Assembly (NCBI GenBank): GCA_913020295.1
Contig: CAJWAA010000008.1
Coordinates: 9,983 to 73,982, forward strand
From: an uncultured Flavobacteriaceae bacterium
GTDB lineage: Bacteria; Bacteroidota; Bacteroidia; Flavobacteriales; Flavobacteriaceae
DNA length: 64,000 bases
Direction of reading: 5' to 3'
This document shows, piece by piece, positions 1 through 9,495 of the stretch; position 1 is the stretch's first letter; each line of letters begins with the position of its first letter. Below the pieces are notes generated by a model that saw only the letters and a program-made list of their open reading frames with translations, was not told where the DNA came from and did no database searches. Both the position numbers and the translations under genes were made by a program.

Positions 1-32
1 AAACTAATGTATTACGTATGAATATCAATAAT

Positions 33-1877
33 TTAATCTCTTAGATAGCCTGAATAGTTCCCAGAAATAAAATTATCAATATAAATCTTAGTGGATTTTG
101 ATGGTCGTTCACTATTTGGTTCGTCCCAACCAGGTACTTTTTGATCATTACTTTTATATTCTTGAATTTTTCTGTCCATTCTATATTTACCTGTTCTTAA
201 CTCTACTCTATTTGGGATACCCTTGTTTAAAAATGATATTGATTTTGTTATTTCATTTTGATTTATTTTAAGTTTAAATTCTAACATTTTACTATTATAA
301 AGTATTAATATTTTGTTCCATGATTTTTGATCTAAAATGAATTTCATTCTAGAGTTTTCACCTTTTTCAATAACATTTAATAAATCTATTTTATCAATTT
401 TTAGACTTATAAGTCTTTTCCCAAATTTATCTGTAATATCAACAAAAAAGGGATCATTGACAGACTCCACATAAAAATCCATTAATATATTACCTTGAGT
501 TTGATTATCTATAGTTCGTACTGCTTTAGCATAATCATATGGGTCAAAGTCTTCAAGTACCAAGGATTTTCCTTGTCCATTAGGACCATTTTCAATGATA
601 ATAGGACACCATTTTGGAGAATAAATATTCCAGTTTTCAATCAAATACTTAGATGATGGATTATTAAAATCATCCGATATAGTTCCTTCCCATGTTGTAG
701 AAATTGGAAAAGGAATTTTTGAAATCCATATATCCTCTTTACTTACAGAATATACTACCCAAAGATCATCACCTGGTGGATTCCCATTTCCCTCTGAAAT
801 TCCACGAACATATTGAGGTCCTGGTCTTTTTTCAACACCCCAATACCTTTTCAGTGGGACTTCTCCATGAACAAGTGAAAGGTTTTGATATTTAATTCCA
901 TCTTTACTTGTTGCAACTCCCATTGGATGTCTATTTTTATTATCAGTTGGATTATATACAATTGCGTAGAGATTAGAATCTAATTTTTGCCCCCAAATTT
1001 TTGCACCTCCATATTTTAAAGATTCCGATCTCTCAGGTTTACTCCACGTATTACCACCATCCATACTCCAATTAACCATTCTGGATTTAAATAATCCTAT
1101 TTTAATCTTATCAGAAATACTATAGAATGTGAATGCTTTTTGTCTTTTAAATGGAAGATAAAATTTTCCAGAGTCAGATGATAAATAATCTTCCTCCCAC
1201 CATTGAATTCTTTTTATAGGGTCCTTAACAAATTCCTCACAAGCAAAAATAAATCCTTTATCATCAGAAGTTTTATAGTAAGGGTAAGAAATATTTCCCT
1301 TCCAGGATTCATTTAACCTTATAAAGTAAATAGGTCCATAGGTAAAATCTTCAAATACTTCTCTTACAACTCTACCAACCCCATCACCATTGTTCCCTCC
1401 GTAATGACCAAAGACCAAAAACCTTCCATTGGTTGATACATGAAACGCCATTCTTTGATGCATTATTAAATTTTTCACATCAACATATTTGTCAGACTTA
1501 TGATAATCAAAATAGATTGGAAAAATAATTTTTGGTTTATCCCATTCATATCCATTTTTAGACCTTGTAATCAGAGAAACACCCGGACTTGAGTGCTCTC
1601 CCATGGGTGTTGATAGATATTGACAATAAAAATATCCTTTCCAATAAGATAAAAAAGGAGCATGATTATATGTCCAACCCAATCCCTCTGCACTTTCCGG
1701 ATAAGATCTATTTGCTCTTAAAATTTGAATATTATGAGTTCCAATTGAGTGAAGCATTTGACCATCAGTAAAATCAGAATTATAAGTGTGGTCACTATCA
1801 ATATATTTTATTTTTAAATCCTGAGAATAGTTAGGGTTTAAAACAACAGTAAAAAATATAATGAATATAAACCTCAA
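33..1877 (-). CDS. Secreted BNR/Asp-box repeat protein (sialidase-like beta-propeller, probable glycoside hydrolase-like); function unknown
   Basis: 614-aa ORF with a hydrophobic N-terminus (MRFIFIIFFTVVLNPNYSQ). Three Asp-box-like motifs S-x-[DN]-G-x-x-[WY]: RSKNGYEWDKP, SMDGGNTWSKP, TSKDGIKYQNL. The tracked start is TTG. Confidence 0.6.
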   Translation of the reverse strand: MRFIFIIFFTVVLNPNYSQDLKIKYIDSDHTYNSDFTDGQMLHSIGTHNIQILRANRSYPESAEGLGWTYNHAPFLSYWKGYFYCQYLSTPMGEHSSPGVSLITRSKNGYEWDKPKIIFPIYFDYHKSDKYVDVKNLIMHQRMAFHVSTNGRFLVFGHYGGNNGDGVGRVVREVFEDFTYGPIYFIRLNESWKGNISYPYYKTSDDKGFIFACEEFVKDPIKRIQWWEEDYLSSDSGKFYLPFKRQKAFTFYSISDKIKIGLFKSRMVNWSMDGGNTWSKPERSESLKYGGAKIWGQKLDSNLYAIVYNPTDNKNRHPMGVATSKDGIKYQNLSLVHGEVPLKRYWGVEKRPGPQYVRGISEGNGNPPGDDLWVVYSVSKEDIWISKIPFPISTTWEGTISDDFNNPSSKYLIENWNIYSPKWCPIIIENGPNGQGKSLVLEDFDPYDYAKAVRTIDNQTQGNILMDFYVESVNDPFFVDITDKFGKRLISLKIDKIDLLNVIEKGENSRMKFILDQKSWNKILILYNSKMLEFKLKINQNEITKSISFLNKGIPNRVELRTGKYRMDRKIQEYKSNDQKVPGWDEPNSERPSKSTKIYIDNFISGNYSGYLRD

Positions 1878-2071
1878 AACTATTTTTCTGATTTTTTCAT
1901 TAATAAAGTTATATTCATTTTATAAATATTTAATCAATGAAAGTTTTAAATTTTAAAAAATTTAAAAATCAAAGTACAACTTTCTTTTAAAGGAATAATC
2001 CAACTTCAATATAAACCATTTTTATGAAGCTTTTGGGAAAAGATTAGTTGGGTTTTAAACAAACCCCATTT

Positions 2072-2719
2072 TTAAAAATGAAATTGAACACCCAATGTTT
2101 TATTAAAAACTTCATTGGTTAGAGATTTATTTATGAAAAAATTTACGCTAATTTTATCTTTAAGTTGATAGGATATTTTTTGTGCAATTCCGTATGAAGA
2201 ATCGGGTTCCAAACTCGTAAATAAAACATATAATTGTAAGTTGGTAACTAACTTATTAAGAGTTTTTCTAAAGTAAACGGAATAAAAATTATTGTTCATG
2301 TCAAAATTTTTCCCTTCCCCATGTAAATACAGAAATAAAAAATCTGTTTTTGGATTTAAAGAAATTGAAGCTCTTATTTCTTGTACATTTCTTGCCTTAT
2401 AATCTTCGTTTTCAAACAGGCGATATCCTGGTAACTGAAAGCCGATTTTTAACTTAAATTTTTTATCAATCAATTTACACCTGGCTATCAACGAATAATT
2501 TGCAGGATGAAAACCATCCATCATAATTAGATTGATTAGGTTTAAACTTAGTCTCTTTTTATCGCTTGTTCCGGCTCGAAGAATAAAGTGAGGTTTGTCA
2601 GATGTAAAAAGAGGAATAAATGAAAAGCCTCCGGTATTGAGTTCTATTGAACCGTATTGTGATTTAACATTTGAGAATACTAAAAGGAAAGTCACAAAAT
2701 AAATCAGAATATTCTTCAT
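2072..2719 (-). CDS. Hypothetical small outer-membrane beta-barrel-like protein
   Basis: 215 aa with a signal-peptide-like N-terminus (MKNILIYFVTFLLVFSNVKSQ). Alternating hydrophobic pattern and a C-terminal ...GVQFHF ending in Phe, as in OMP beta-signals. No family recognised. Confidence 0.4.
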   Translation of the reverse strand: MKNILIYFVTFLLVFSNVKSQYGSIELNTGGFSFIPLFTSDKPHFILRAGTSDKKRLSLNLINLIMMDGFHPANYSLIARCKLIDKKFKLKIGFQLPGYRLFENEDYKARNVQEIRASISLNPKTDFLFLYLHGEGKNFDMNNNFYSVYFRKTLNKLVTNLQLYVLFTSLEPDSSYGIAQKISYQLKDKISVNFFINKSLTNEVFNKTLGVQFHF

Positions 2720-2966
2720 TAATTTTGAAAACTTATTTAAAGATAATTTCTATTGGCAAGATCCAATTACGTAAATTTACTTGTCCGAAAATGGCCTCTA
2801 GTTTACCATTTTATATGTCTAATATATAAATAGTTTATAGATCACACGTCAAAATTCGCAACACTTTAATATCTGCTGTTAATTTTAATAAATCTGAAAA
2901 ATTGTATTTGATTTAACATATTTAAAAAAAATAGCTTTATTTAGATATTACATTAAAAAAATTAAA

Positions 2967-3683
2967 ATGAAAAAGATTACTATTTTACTGATTTCTTGTT
3001 TTATTATTTCATGTAGTAATTCAAGAGATATTTCAATAACAAGGGTTGAGGGATCACCATCCTATGAAAGTGCCAAAATCACATTGACAGATACCATCTA
3101 TCAGAGTGGAGAGGATTACACCTTTTCTTTCAATATTGAAAATTACGAATTAGGAGTTCAAACCCAAAAACAATTTGAATATAAACTGGCAAATTCTGAC
3201 AAAGGACAACATATACATTTTATAATCAACAATGGGCCTTATTCTGCAAAATATTCTGATGAGTTTGTTCAAAAGTTAAATCAGGGAAATAATGTCATTC
3301 TTGCATTCTTATCTCGATCTTATCATGAATCGGTAAAAAATCGTAATGCTTATTATTTAGATCAAATTGGTGATGGAAACAAAATTGACCTTTCTGGGCA
3401 ATTATTGTTTTACAGTAGACCTAAAGGGGTATATAAAGGAGAAGCAACAGAAAAGGTATTATTAGACTTTTATCTTGTCAATACTAAAATATCCCCTCAG
3501 GGCAATAAGGTAAGGGCTACAATACAAGGGACTGAATTCATAATAGATGAGTGGGCTCCATACTATATTGAAGGACTACCAAAAGGTGAGGTTTCAATTA
3601 AATTAGAACTGATTGATTCCAAAGGAAATTTAATAGATTCACCATTTAATCCCTCAGAAAGAAAGGTAACTCTTGAAGAATAA
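2967..3683 (+). CDS. Hypothetical lipoprotein
   Basis: 238 aa. The N-terminus MKKITILLISCFIISCSN has a lipobox-like Cys after the hydrophobic stretch. His-rich patch KGQHIHFIINNGPY. No confident family assignment. Confidence 0.5.
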   Translation: MKKITILLISCFIISCSNSRDISITRVEGSPSYESAKITLTDTIYQSGEDYTFSFNIENYELGVQTQKQFEYKLANSDKGQHIHFIINNGPYSAKYSDEFVQKLNQGNNVILAFLSRSYHESVKNRNAYYLDQIGDGNKIDLSGQLLFYSRPKGVYKGEATEKVLLDFYLVNTKISPQGNKVRATIQGTEFIIDEWAPYYIEGLPKGEVSIKLELIDSKGNLIDSPFNPSERKVTLEE

Positions 3684-3784
3684 TTGTTAGACTTCTGATA
3701 CTTAAGTCGTACACGCTTCAAAATCAAAAAAATTGATAAATCTGGGAACAATCAACTTCTCCATTATCCAAGAGACAGTTTGAT

Positions 3785-3813
3785 GCCATAAAACCATCAA
3801 TGGATTTTATGGC
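3785..3813. other. Strong hairpin (gccataaaa...ttttatggc), possible terminator or structural element downstream of the lipoprotein gene
   Basis: Perfect 9-bp inverted repeat, extendable by cca/tgg inside the loop. No adjoining T-run on either strand. Confidence 0.3.
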
Positions 3814-3966
3814 AAAATTTTACTTGAGCAGACAACAGATCATAATTAATTGTCAAAAATTATATAGTTTAAAAAATTACAGAATTATAATTAAGTTATA
3901 AAAAAAGACAATTCATTTTTTAACTTAGCAGTTATTAGGTAGAAAGATTTAATTACGGCATAAAAC

Positions 3967-6054
3967 GTGGCAATATATCTCAAAACCAACTTGGATAAAT
4001 TAAATAAGGGACTGCTGCTTATAGGGATATGTCTATTAGCTTACAATTGTAATAAGGCAGATGATAATTCCCCAAAAATTCCCCAAAAATATACCTTATC
4101 GGTATCTGCTTCTGAAGGGGGAAACGTTAGTACTACAGGGGGGGTATTTAATGAAAATACTTCAGTATCAATTACGGCATCTCCAGCGCAGGGATATGAG
4201 TTCTCAAGCTGGACCGGAACATCCCTCACAGGCAATTCAATAAATGTAAAAGTAATATCCAATCAAACTATAATTGCCAATTTTGTAAGGTCCAAATATA
4301 CTCTGACCGTTGATACTGTGGGGAGTGGGCAAGTAGCCCAACAGGTTGTTAATTCTGCCCGGGAGACAACCGAATACGAATCAGGTAATACCATCAGATT
4401 AACTGCTTCTCCCCAAAGTGATTTTTTGTTTTACGATTGGGAATACTTACATAATAATCTCAGCGAAAACAGCTATGAGAATCCTCTGGAACTTATAATG
4501 GATCAATCCAAAACTGTTACAGCCACTTTCGAGGAAAAACTTCCGCTAATAAATCCGGAGAATACTGACAAAAATAATACGATAGGAAAATGGAAAATCA
4601 GGAAGAAACGCCCAGGTTCCCAAAGCTCAACATCTGCAAGAGCTGTTGAATGTCAGGTTAATGAGATCATATTAAGAACAGACAACTCATTTACAATCAT
4701 TACCGAAACATCAACCATAACAGGTCAGTACTCGATTGACTCTGAAACCTCGATAAGTTTAAATCAGGGGGAAACAAATATTGGAAGGCTTACCGATATT
4801 ATTTTAACTCAAAACTACTTCAGCTTTAATATTGAACTGACTGGGGTATGTGATGAAAAGCTAGAAGCTGATAGAGATCCAACATACGACGAGGCAACTG
4901 ATCCTATTGCTCCTTCTAATACCGAATCCTCCACTATTGCATCCAGCCCTTGTACTATTGAAACGGAACTAACCTCTGATAACATTAATCAAACGGTAAG
5001 CGTGGGAGATTCAATCCAAGATATTTTGATTGATGTAACGGTAGGATCAACTTGTACTGAAACACTTAGTGTCAGTTCCTCTAACCTTCCAGAGGGGGTT
5101 TTGGTAAGTCTTGACAATAACCAAATTAAGATTTCGGGGACTCCATCGTCCAACTCAGTTGGAACCTTTGACTATGATATAATGCTAAGTGTAGCAAGTC
5201 CAACAATTATTGTCAGTGGTCAAATTATAGTTGAACAAATTGTTTCTCAAACCAATCAAAATGATGGTGGAGGGGTTAATAATACTTCAGGAACTAATAC
5301 GTCAACAACCACATCTGGAACTACCGCAAGGAATTGCCAATTAGAGTTTACTTTTACTGCAACTGATGGGGGTATGACTGTGGGTGAAACAATTTCAATA
5401 GATGCACGTTATTTTTCAACAGGGGTAAGGTACACCGATAATTCTGGGTCAGATAGTGAAAATTGTCTGACAAATCTTGATTTTTTCAATGATGTTCAGG
5501 TTGATGTCAAAGGATTACCTAGCGGAGTATTCGGAGATTGGGATCCTACAACACAAACTATTGTTGTTTTTGGCACCGCTGAATCTTCGTCTCTTGGAAC
5601 TCACGATATTGAGATGATCGCAACATATGGATCGCAGTCAATTTCTCATAGATTTAAATTAACAGTGGAGGCAACAACATCAACTAATACTGGAACAACT
5701 ACTTCAACCACCTCCTCAAATACTTTTTCGGCTGAAACATATACTATCAGCGTCACAGCATCCAGTGTTAGTGACTACAACCTAAGTGGATTTGATAGAA
5801 ACGGAACTGTTTCAGGTGCCGATCCATCTGTGACTGTTAGGGTTGGAGACACTTTAAACTTTGCAGTAAATGCGACTCAACATCCTTTTTATCTGAAAAC
5901 AGTTCAGGAAACCGGCACCGATAATTTAATCTCAGGAGCGACAGGCAATGGAGCAACAATAGGAACAGTTTCTTGGATACCAAATGCTGCAGGAACCTAT
6001 TACTATCAATGCTCGATTCATAACGCAATGTATGGAACGATTACGGTAAATTAA
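3967..6054 (+). CDS. Multidomain cell-surface lipoprotein with a C-terminal type-1 (blue) copper cupredoxin domain
   Basis: 695 aa with lipobox LLAYNC followed by NKADD. Two InlB-B-repeat-like modules (YTLSVSASEGGNVS...GYEFSSWTG and YTLTVDTVGSG...FLFYDWEY). Two putative-Ig style modules (NLPEGVLVSL...ISGTPSSNSVGTFDYDI and KGLPSGVFGDW...GTAESSSLGTHDIE). Thr/Ser-rich linkers. C-terminal copper ligand pattern HPF...C-x2-H-x2-M (QHPFYLK...CSIHNAM). GTG start, so the exact start is uncertain. Confidence 0.65.
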   Translation: MAIYLKTNLDKLNKGLLLIGICLLAYNCNKADDNSPKIPQKYTLSVSASEGGNVSTTGGVFNENTSVSITASPAQGYEFSSWTGTSLTGNSINVKVISNQTIIANFVRSKYTLTVDTVGSGQVAQQVVNSARETTEYESGNTIRLTASPQSDFLFYDWEYLHNNLSENSYENPLELIMDQSKTVTATFEEKLPLINPENTDKNNTIGKWKIRKKRPGSQSSTSARAVECQVNEIILRTDNSFTIITETSTITGQYSIDSETSISLNQGETNIGRLTDIILTQNYFSFNIELTGVCDEKLEADRDPTYDEATDPIAPSNTESSTIASSPCTIETELTSDNINQTVSVGDSIQDILIDVTVGSTCTETLSVSSSNLPEGVLVSLDNNQIKISGTPSSNSVGTFDYDIMLSVASPTIIVSGQIIVEQIVSQTNQNDGGGVNNTSGTNTSTTTSGTTARNCQLEFTFTATDGGMTVGETISIDARYFSTGVRYTDNSGSDSENCLTNLDFFNDVQVDVKGLPSGVFGDWDPTTQTIVVFGTAESSSLGTHDIEMIATYGSQSISHRFKLTVEATTSTNTGTTTSTTSSNTFSAETYTISVTASSVSDYNLSGFDRNGTVSGADPSVTVRVGDTLNFAVNATQHPFYLKTVQETGTDNLISGATGNGATIGTVSWIPNAAGTYYYQCSIHNAMYGTITVN

Positions 6055-6103
6055 TGCCGTGAATTTTCGCCCATCACTGTTGCCTTATGTATTATTCATA
6101 AAA

Positions 6104-6559
6104 ATGATGGAAATAAAGAGAATTTCAGCACATCAAACCTACTCAGTTAGGCATCCTGTTCTTCGCCCTGGAAGACCGATCGAGGATTGCTCTTTTGAGT
6201 TTGATGATCATCCATTATCAATCCATTTTTGTATAGAATTGGATGGGAAAGTCATATCTGTGCTTTCAGCACTTCCTATCCAATACTCTTCTTTTCCTGA
6301 ATTAAATGCTATGAGAATAAGAGGTATTGCGACATTAGATTCATTTCAAAGATTGGGATATGGATCCCGATTAATGATATGTGCCGAGCAGGAGTTGAAG
6401 AATAAAAGAGTTGACCTTCTATGGTTGAATGCCAGAATCAATGCATCAGAATTTTACTCAAACTTGGGATATAAACCCGAAGGGGATTTATTTAACATTG
6501 ATGGCATCGGAATTCATCAACAATTCCTCAAATTTCTAATTGGTGAAAAAACTGTATAA
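6104..6559 (+). CDS. GNAT family N-acetyltransferase
   Basis: The tracked ORF starts at 6059. The ATG at 6104 (MMEIKRISAHQTYSVRHPVLRPGRP...) fits short GNATs better. Acetyl-CoA motif region IRGIATLDSFQRLGYGSRLM (Q/R-x-x-G-x-G/A). Confidence 0.7.
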   Translation: MMEIKRISAHQTYSVRHPVLRPGRPIEDCSFEFDDHPLSIHFCIELDGKVISVLSALPIQYSSFPELNAMRIRGIATLDSFQRLGYGSRLMICAEQELKNKRVDLLWLNARINASEFYSNLGYKPEGDLFNIDGIGIHQQFLKFLIGEKTV

Positions 6560-6588
6560 TTTTTTGGTTTCAATCTTTACCAAAAACA
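6559..6588 (+). terminator. AT-rich hairpin right after the GNAT stop codon (tttttggt-N10-accaaaaa)
   Basis: Perfect 8-bp inverted repeat beginning 2 nt after the TAA at 6557-6559. It lies in a convergent intergenic region. Confidence 0.4.
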
Positions 6589-6728
6589 ATAATGATAATT
6601 ATTAAACCCGTTAGAAACATAATAGTAAAAATTTATTAATTGCTCGATCCTAGTTCAGGTTTATCAATCTAGAGTTGATCTATTGGTTCAACCTACTATA
6701 TGTGTTTTTCAATTCATTTCAAATGGGA

Positions 6729-8300
6729 TCATTCATTTTCAAAAACATCCAAAGGTTCCCATTTTACTGATGATAAGTGGTAATTGAAATTTTTCTGTGG
6801 AACCCCTTTGGTAGTTCTCCCTTTTTGGATGGCATCTTTAAAAAGATTAATCAATTCATGTTCTATTTTTGGGTGCTGACCGAAGAGATTTTTCATTTCT
6901 CCAGGATCCTCCCTCAGATTGTAAAGTTGAAATTTTGGTAACCCTTGAGTTTCTTTTTTCAATGGCCTTGGAAAACTCCAGCCCCCGGATCCAGGACAGA
7001 AAATAAACTTAAAATCCCCTTTTCTGATGGCAAAACTTCCATTAATGGAATGGTGTATGGTAAAATGTCTTTTGTATTGATTTTTAGTTTCTTCGGATAA
7101 TAATGGTAAAATAGAAAAACTGTCCTCTCCCTCATCATCCTTGAGCGTTTTTCCCAAAATATCAGCACAGGTGGCAAGCAAATCAGTGGTACAAATAGTT
7201 TTGTGTGAAATTGCGGCCACTTGAATTTTTTTAGGCCATTTTACGATAAAAGGCACTCGATGACCTCCCTCAAAAATATCGGCTTTATGCCCTCTAAACA
7301 ATCCACTCGGGTCATGTCCTTTTTTTTCCAATTCATCAAATTTAGCTTGAGGTGAACAGCCATTATCACTAGTAAAAATTACAATGGTGTTTTTTGATAT
7401 TCCTAATTCATCCAAAAGCTCATTCAGCCTTCCTACCCGATGGTCTATCTGCATTACAAAATCCGCATAAGGATTCAATCCACTCTTCCCTTTCCATTGC
7501 TCAGTTGGCAAAATGGGAGTATGGGGTGAGGGCAAAGGCAAATACAAAAAAAAGGGTTTCCCCTTCTTATTCATATCGATGACAAATCCCTCTGCCTTAT
7601 TAAACAAGTTAGGAGTAACCCTTTCATGATCAAAGTCATTGGCTGTAGGGCCTTTTCTCCACCAGTGGTAGTCTCCTTTTCTTTCAGTGATATTCTCAAC
7701 ACGAGCAGTAATCATTTCATTTTCAACATATACATAGGGTGGCATGTCTAGCGAGCCACAGTGACCATATGAGTAATCAAAACCTAATCCATTTGGACTG
7801 TTGGTGATATTTTTTGAAAAATCGATTTTCTCAAAAATCTCATGATCCTTGATGGGTTTATTATTAAAAGTGCTGTCTTTTAAAGCCCAATCCCAGCCCA
7901 AATGCCACTTGCCAATAAAAGCTGTTTGGTAGCCATTGTTTTTTAAAAAAGAAGCCACAGTGGTTCTGTCTTGCGGGATTAGAGCTTGGGAGGTACCACT
8001 CAAAACACTTTTTTTGAGTGGACTGCGCCAGTTGTATCTGCCTGTTAAAATCCCATATCGGGTTGGAGTGCAAACCGAGGAGGAAGTATGCGCATCCGTA
8101 AAAATCATTCCTTGGTGAGCCATTTGATCCAGATGAGGTGTTTTTATTTTTCCCTCTGGATTAAAAGCTCCCAAATCTCCATAACCCAAGTCATCTGCTA
8201 AAATATAAATGATATTTGGAGGTACTGAATGCTTTTCCTTACAACAGGATAAAAGTAAAAAAATCATCAATAATAATGGGGATTGTAAGCTTTTTTTCAT
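6729..8300 (-). CDS. Arylsulfatase (formylglycine-dependent sulfatase family S1), secreted
   Basis: 523 aa with a signal peptide or lipobox (LLLSCCKE). Canonical maturation motif SSSVCTPTRYGILTGRY (C-x-P-x-R, codons 8058-8072). N-terminal ILADDLGYGD metal-binding motif. Confidence 0.88.
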   Translation of the reverse strand: MKKSLQSPLLLMIFLLLSCCKEKHSVPPNIIYILADDLGYGDLGAFNPEGKIKTPHLDQMAHQGMIFTDAHTSSSVCTPTRYGILTGRYNWRSPLKKSVLSGTSQALIPQDRTTVASFLKNNGYQTAFIGKWHLGWDWALKDSTFNNKPIKDHEIFEKIDFSKNITNSPNGLGFDYSYGHCGSLDMPPYVYVENEMITARVENITERKGDYHWWRKGPTANDFDHERVTPNLFNKAEGFVIDMNKKGKPFFLYLPLPSPHTPILPTEQWKGKSGLNPYADFVMQIDHRVGRLNELLDELGISKNTIVIFTSDNGCSPQAKFDELEKKGHDPSGLFRGHKADIFEGGHRVPFIVKWPKKIQVAAISHKTICTTDLLATCADILGKTLKDDEGEDSFSILPLLSEETKNQYKRHFTIHHSINGSFAIRKGDFKFIFCPGSGGWSFPRPLKKETQGLPKFQLYNLREDPGEMKNLFGQHPKIEHELINLFKDAIQKGRTTKGVPQKNFNYHLSSVKWEPLDVFENE

Positions 8301-8332
8301 TTTTTTATATAATTAAATTTTGACCTAATTCA

Positions 8333-8590
8333 ATGATAATGCATAACGAATGGACACAGAACTCCGGTAAATTAGTTAAAACCTTTAAATTCAAAGATTT
8401 TAATGAAGCACTAAAATTCATCAACACTGTCGGCCAAATAGCTGAGTCGATGAATCATCACCCCAAAATAATCAATCTATATAATACCGTTACATTAAAA
8501 TTGTGGACCCACGATCAAAATGCCATTTCAAAACTTGATTTTCAATTAGCAGAGGAGATTGATCGTCAAATAGAGGGAAGCCTAAAGTGA
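8333..8590 (+). CDS. 4a-hydroxytetrahydrobiopterin (pterin-4a-carbinolamine) dehydratase
   Basis: 85 aa. Family pattern ...VKTFKFKDFNEALKFINTVGQIAESMNHHPKIINLYNTVTLKLWTHD. An alternative ATG lies at 8339. Confidence 0.8.
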   Translation: MIMHNEWTQNSGKLVKTFKFKDFNEALKFINTVGQIAESMNHHPKIINLYNTVTLKLWTHDQNAISKLDFQLAEEIDRQIEGSLK

Positions 8591-8754
8591 TCGTTTTTCT
8601 CTTTTTCAGTATTTTTTATCTCATTTTTAGTCATTTTTTTGGGCAAAAAAGGGCAATTTTATTTAGAAAGCGACTTTTTCTTTAACTAAAATATTAATTT
8701 ATAACATACACAATTCTGAGTAAAAAAATTATTTTAAAACTTAAAAAAATAAAA

Positions 8755-9492
8755 ATGAAAAAAATTATCCTTCTATACGCCCTTATAACCTGCTTTGATC
8801 TCTTTGGACAAAATGAATTATATGAAATCAGAACTTATGAACTTTTTCAATATTCTAATTTTAAAAATTTCAACAACTATTTTGAAAATCATTTCATACC
8901 ATCCCTCAATCAACAAGGAATTAATAACATAGGAGTATTCAAAGAAGTTTCAGAAGATCTGCCCAGAAAGATATATGTTTTTATCCCCTATGCTGATATT
9001 AAGTCTTACCATAAGGCACGTTTGCTTATGGCATCTAATGAAATTATTCAGAAAGCATCAGCTGAACTTAGTCCTGTGAATAAGCCGATTTTCAATCGAT
9101 ATGAGACTTCCCTTTACATGGCTTTTGATGGAATGCCCAAAATGGTTAAACCCGATGATAAAAATCGATTTTTTGAATTACGCACTTATGAAAGCCATTC
9201 AGAGGATGCATACAGACGAAAAGTCGATATGTTTAACGAGGGTGAATTGGAGTTATTCGATCAGTTGGATTTTGGATCTGTCTTTTTTGGAGATAAAATC
9301 GCCGGAGAGCGAATGCCTTGTTTGACTTATATGCTAGCTTTCGAAAGCTTGGAGGAGCGCAATGAAAACTGGGGACAGTTTTCTGACCACCCTACTTGGA
9401 CAAAATTGAAAAGCGACCCAGCCTATAAAGACAGCTGTTGTTCGTCGATCACACGAGCTTTCTTAATTGCTCTGCCTTATTCTCAGCTGTAA
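8755..9492 (+). CDS. NIPSNAP family protein with signal peptide (tandem NIPSNAP domains)
   Basis: 245 aa with N-terminal signal MKKIILLYALITCFDLFGQ. Two copies of the NIPSNAP hallmark (YEIRTYEL and FFELRTYESH). Confidence 0.7.
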   Translation: MKKIILLYALITCFDLFGQNELYEIRTYELFQYSNFKNFNNYFENHFIPSLNQQGINNIGVFKEVSEDLPRKIYVFIPYADIKSYHKARLLMASNEIIQKASAELSPVNKPIFNRYETSLYMAFDGMPKMVKPDDKNRFFELRTYESHSEDAYRRKVDMFNEGELELFDQLDFGSVFFGDKIAGERMPCLTYMLAFESLEERNENWGQFSDHPTWTKLKSDPAYKDSCCSSITRAFLIALPYSQL

Positions 9493-9495
9493 TCA

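Noticed and set aside
6640-6728. GGTTCAACC, a T-loop-like string that might indicate a tRNA
   Set aside because: I could not build an acceptor stem, D-arm or anticodon arm around it. I saw no tRNA or rRNA genes anywhere in the window.
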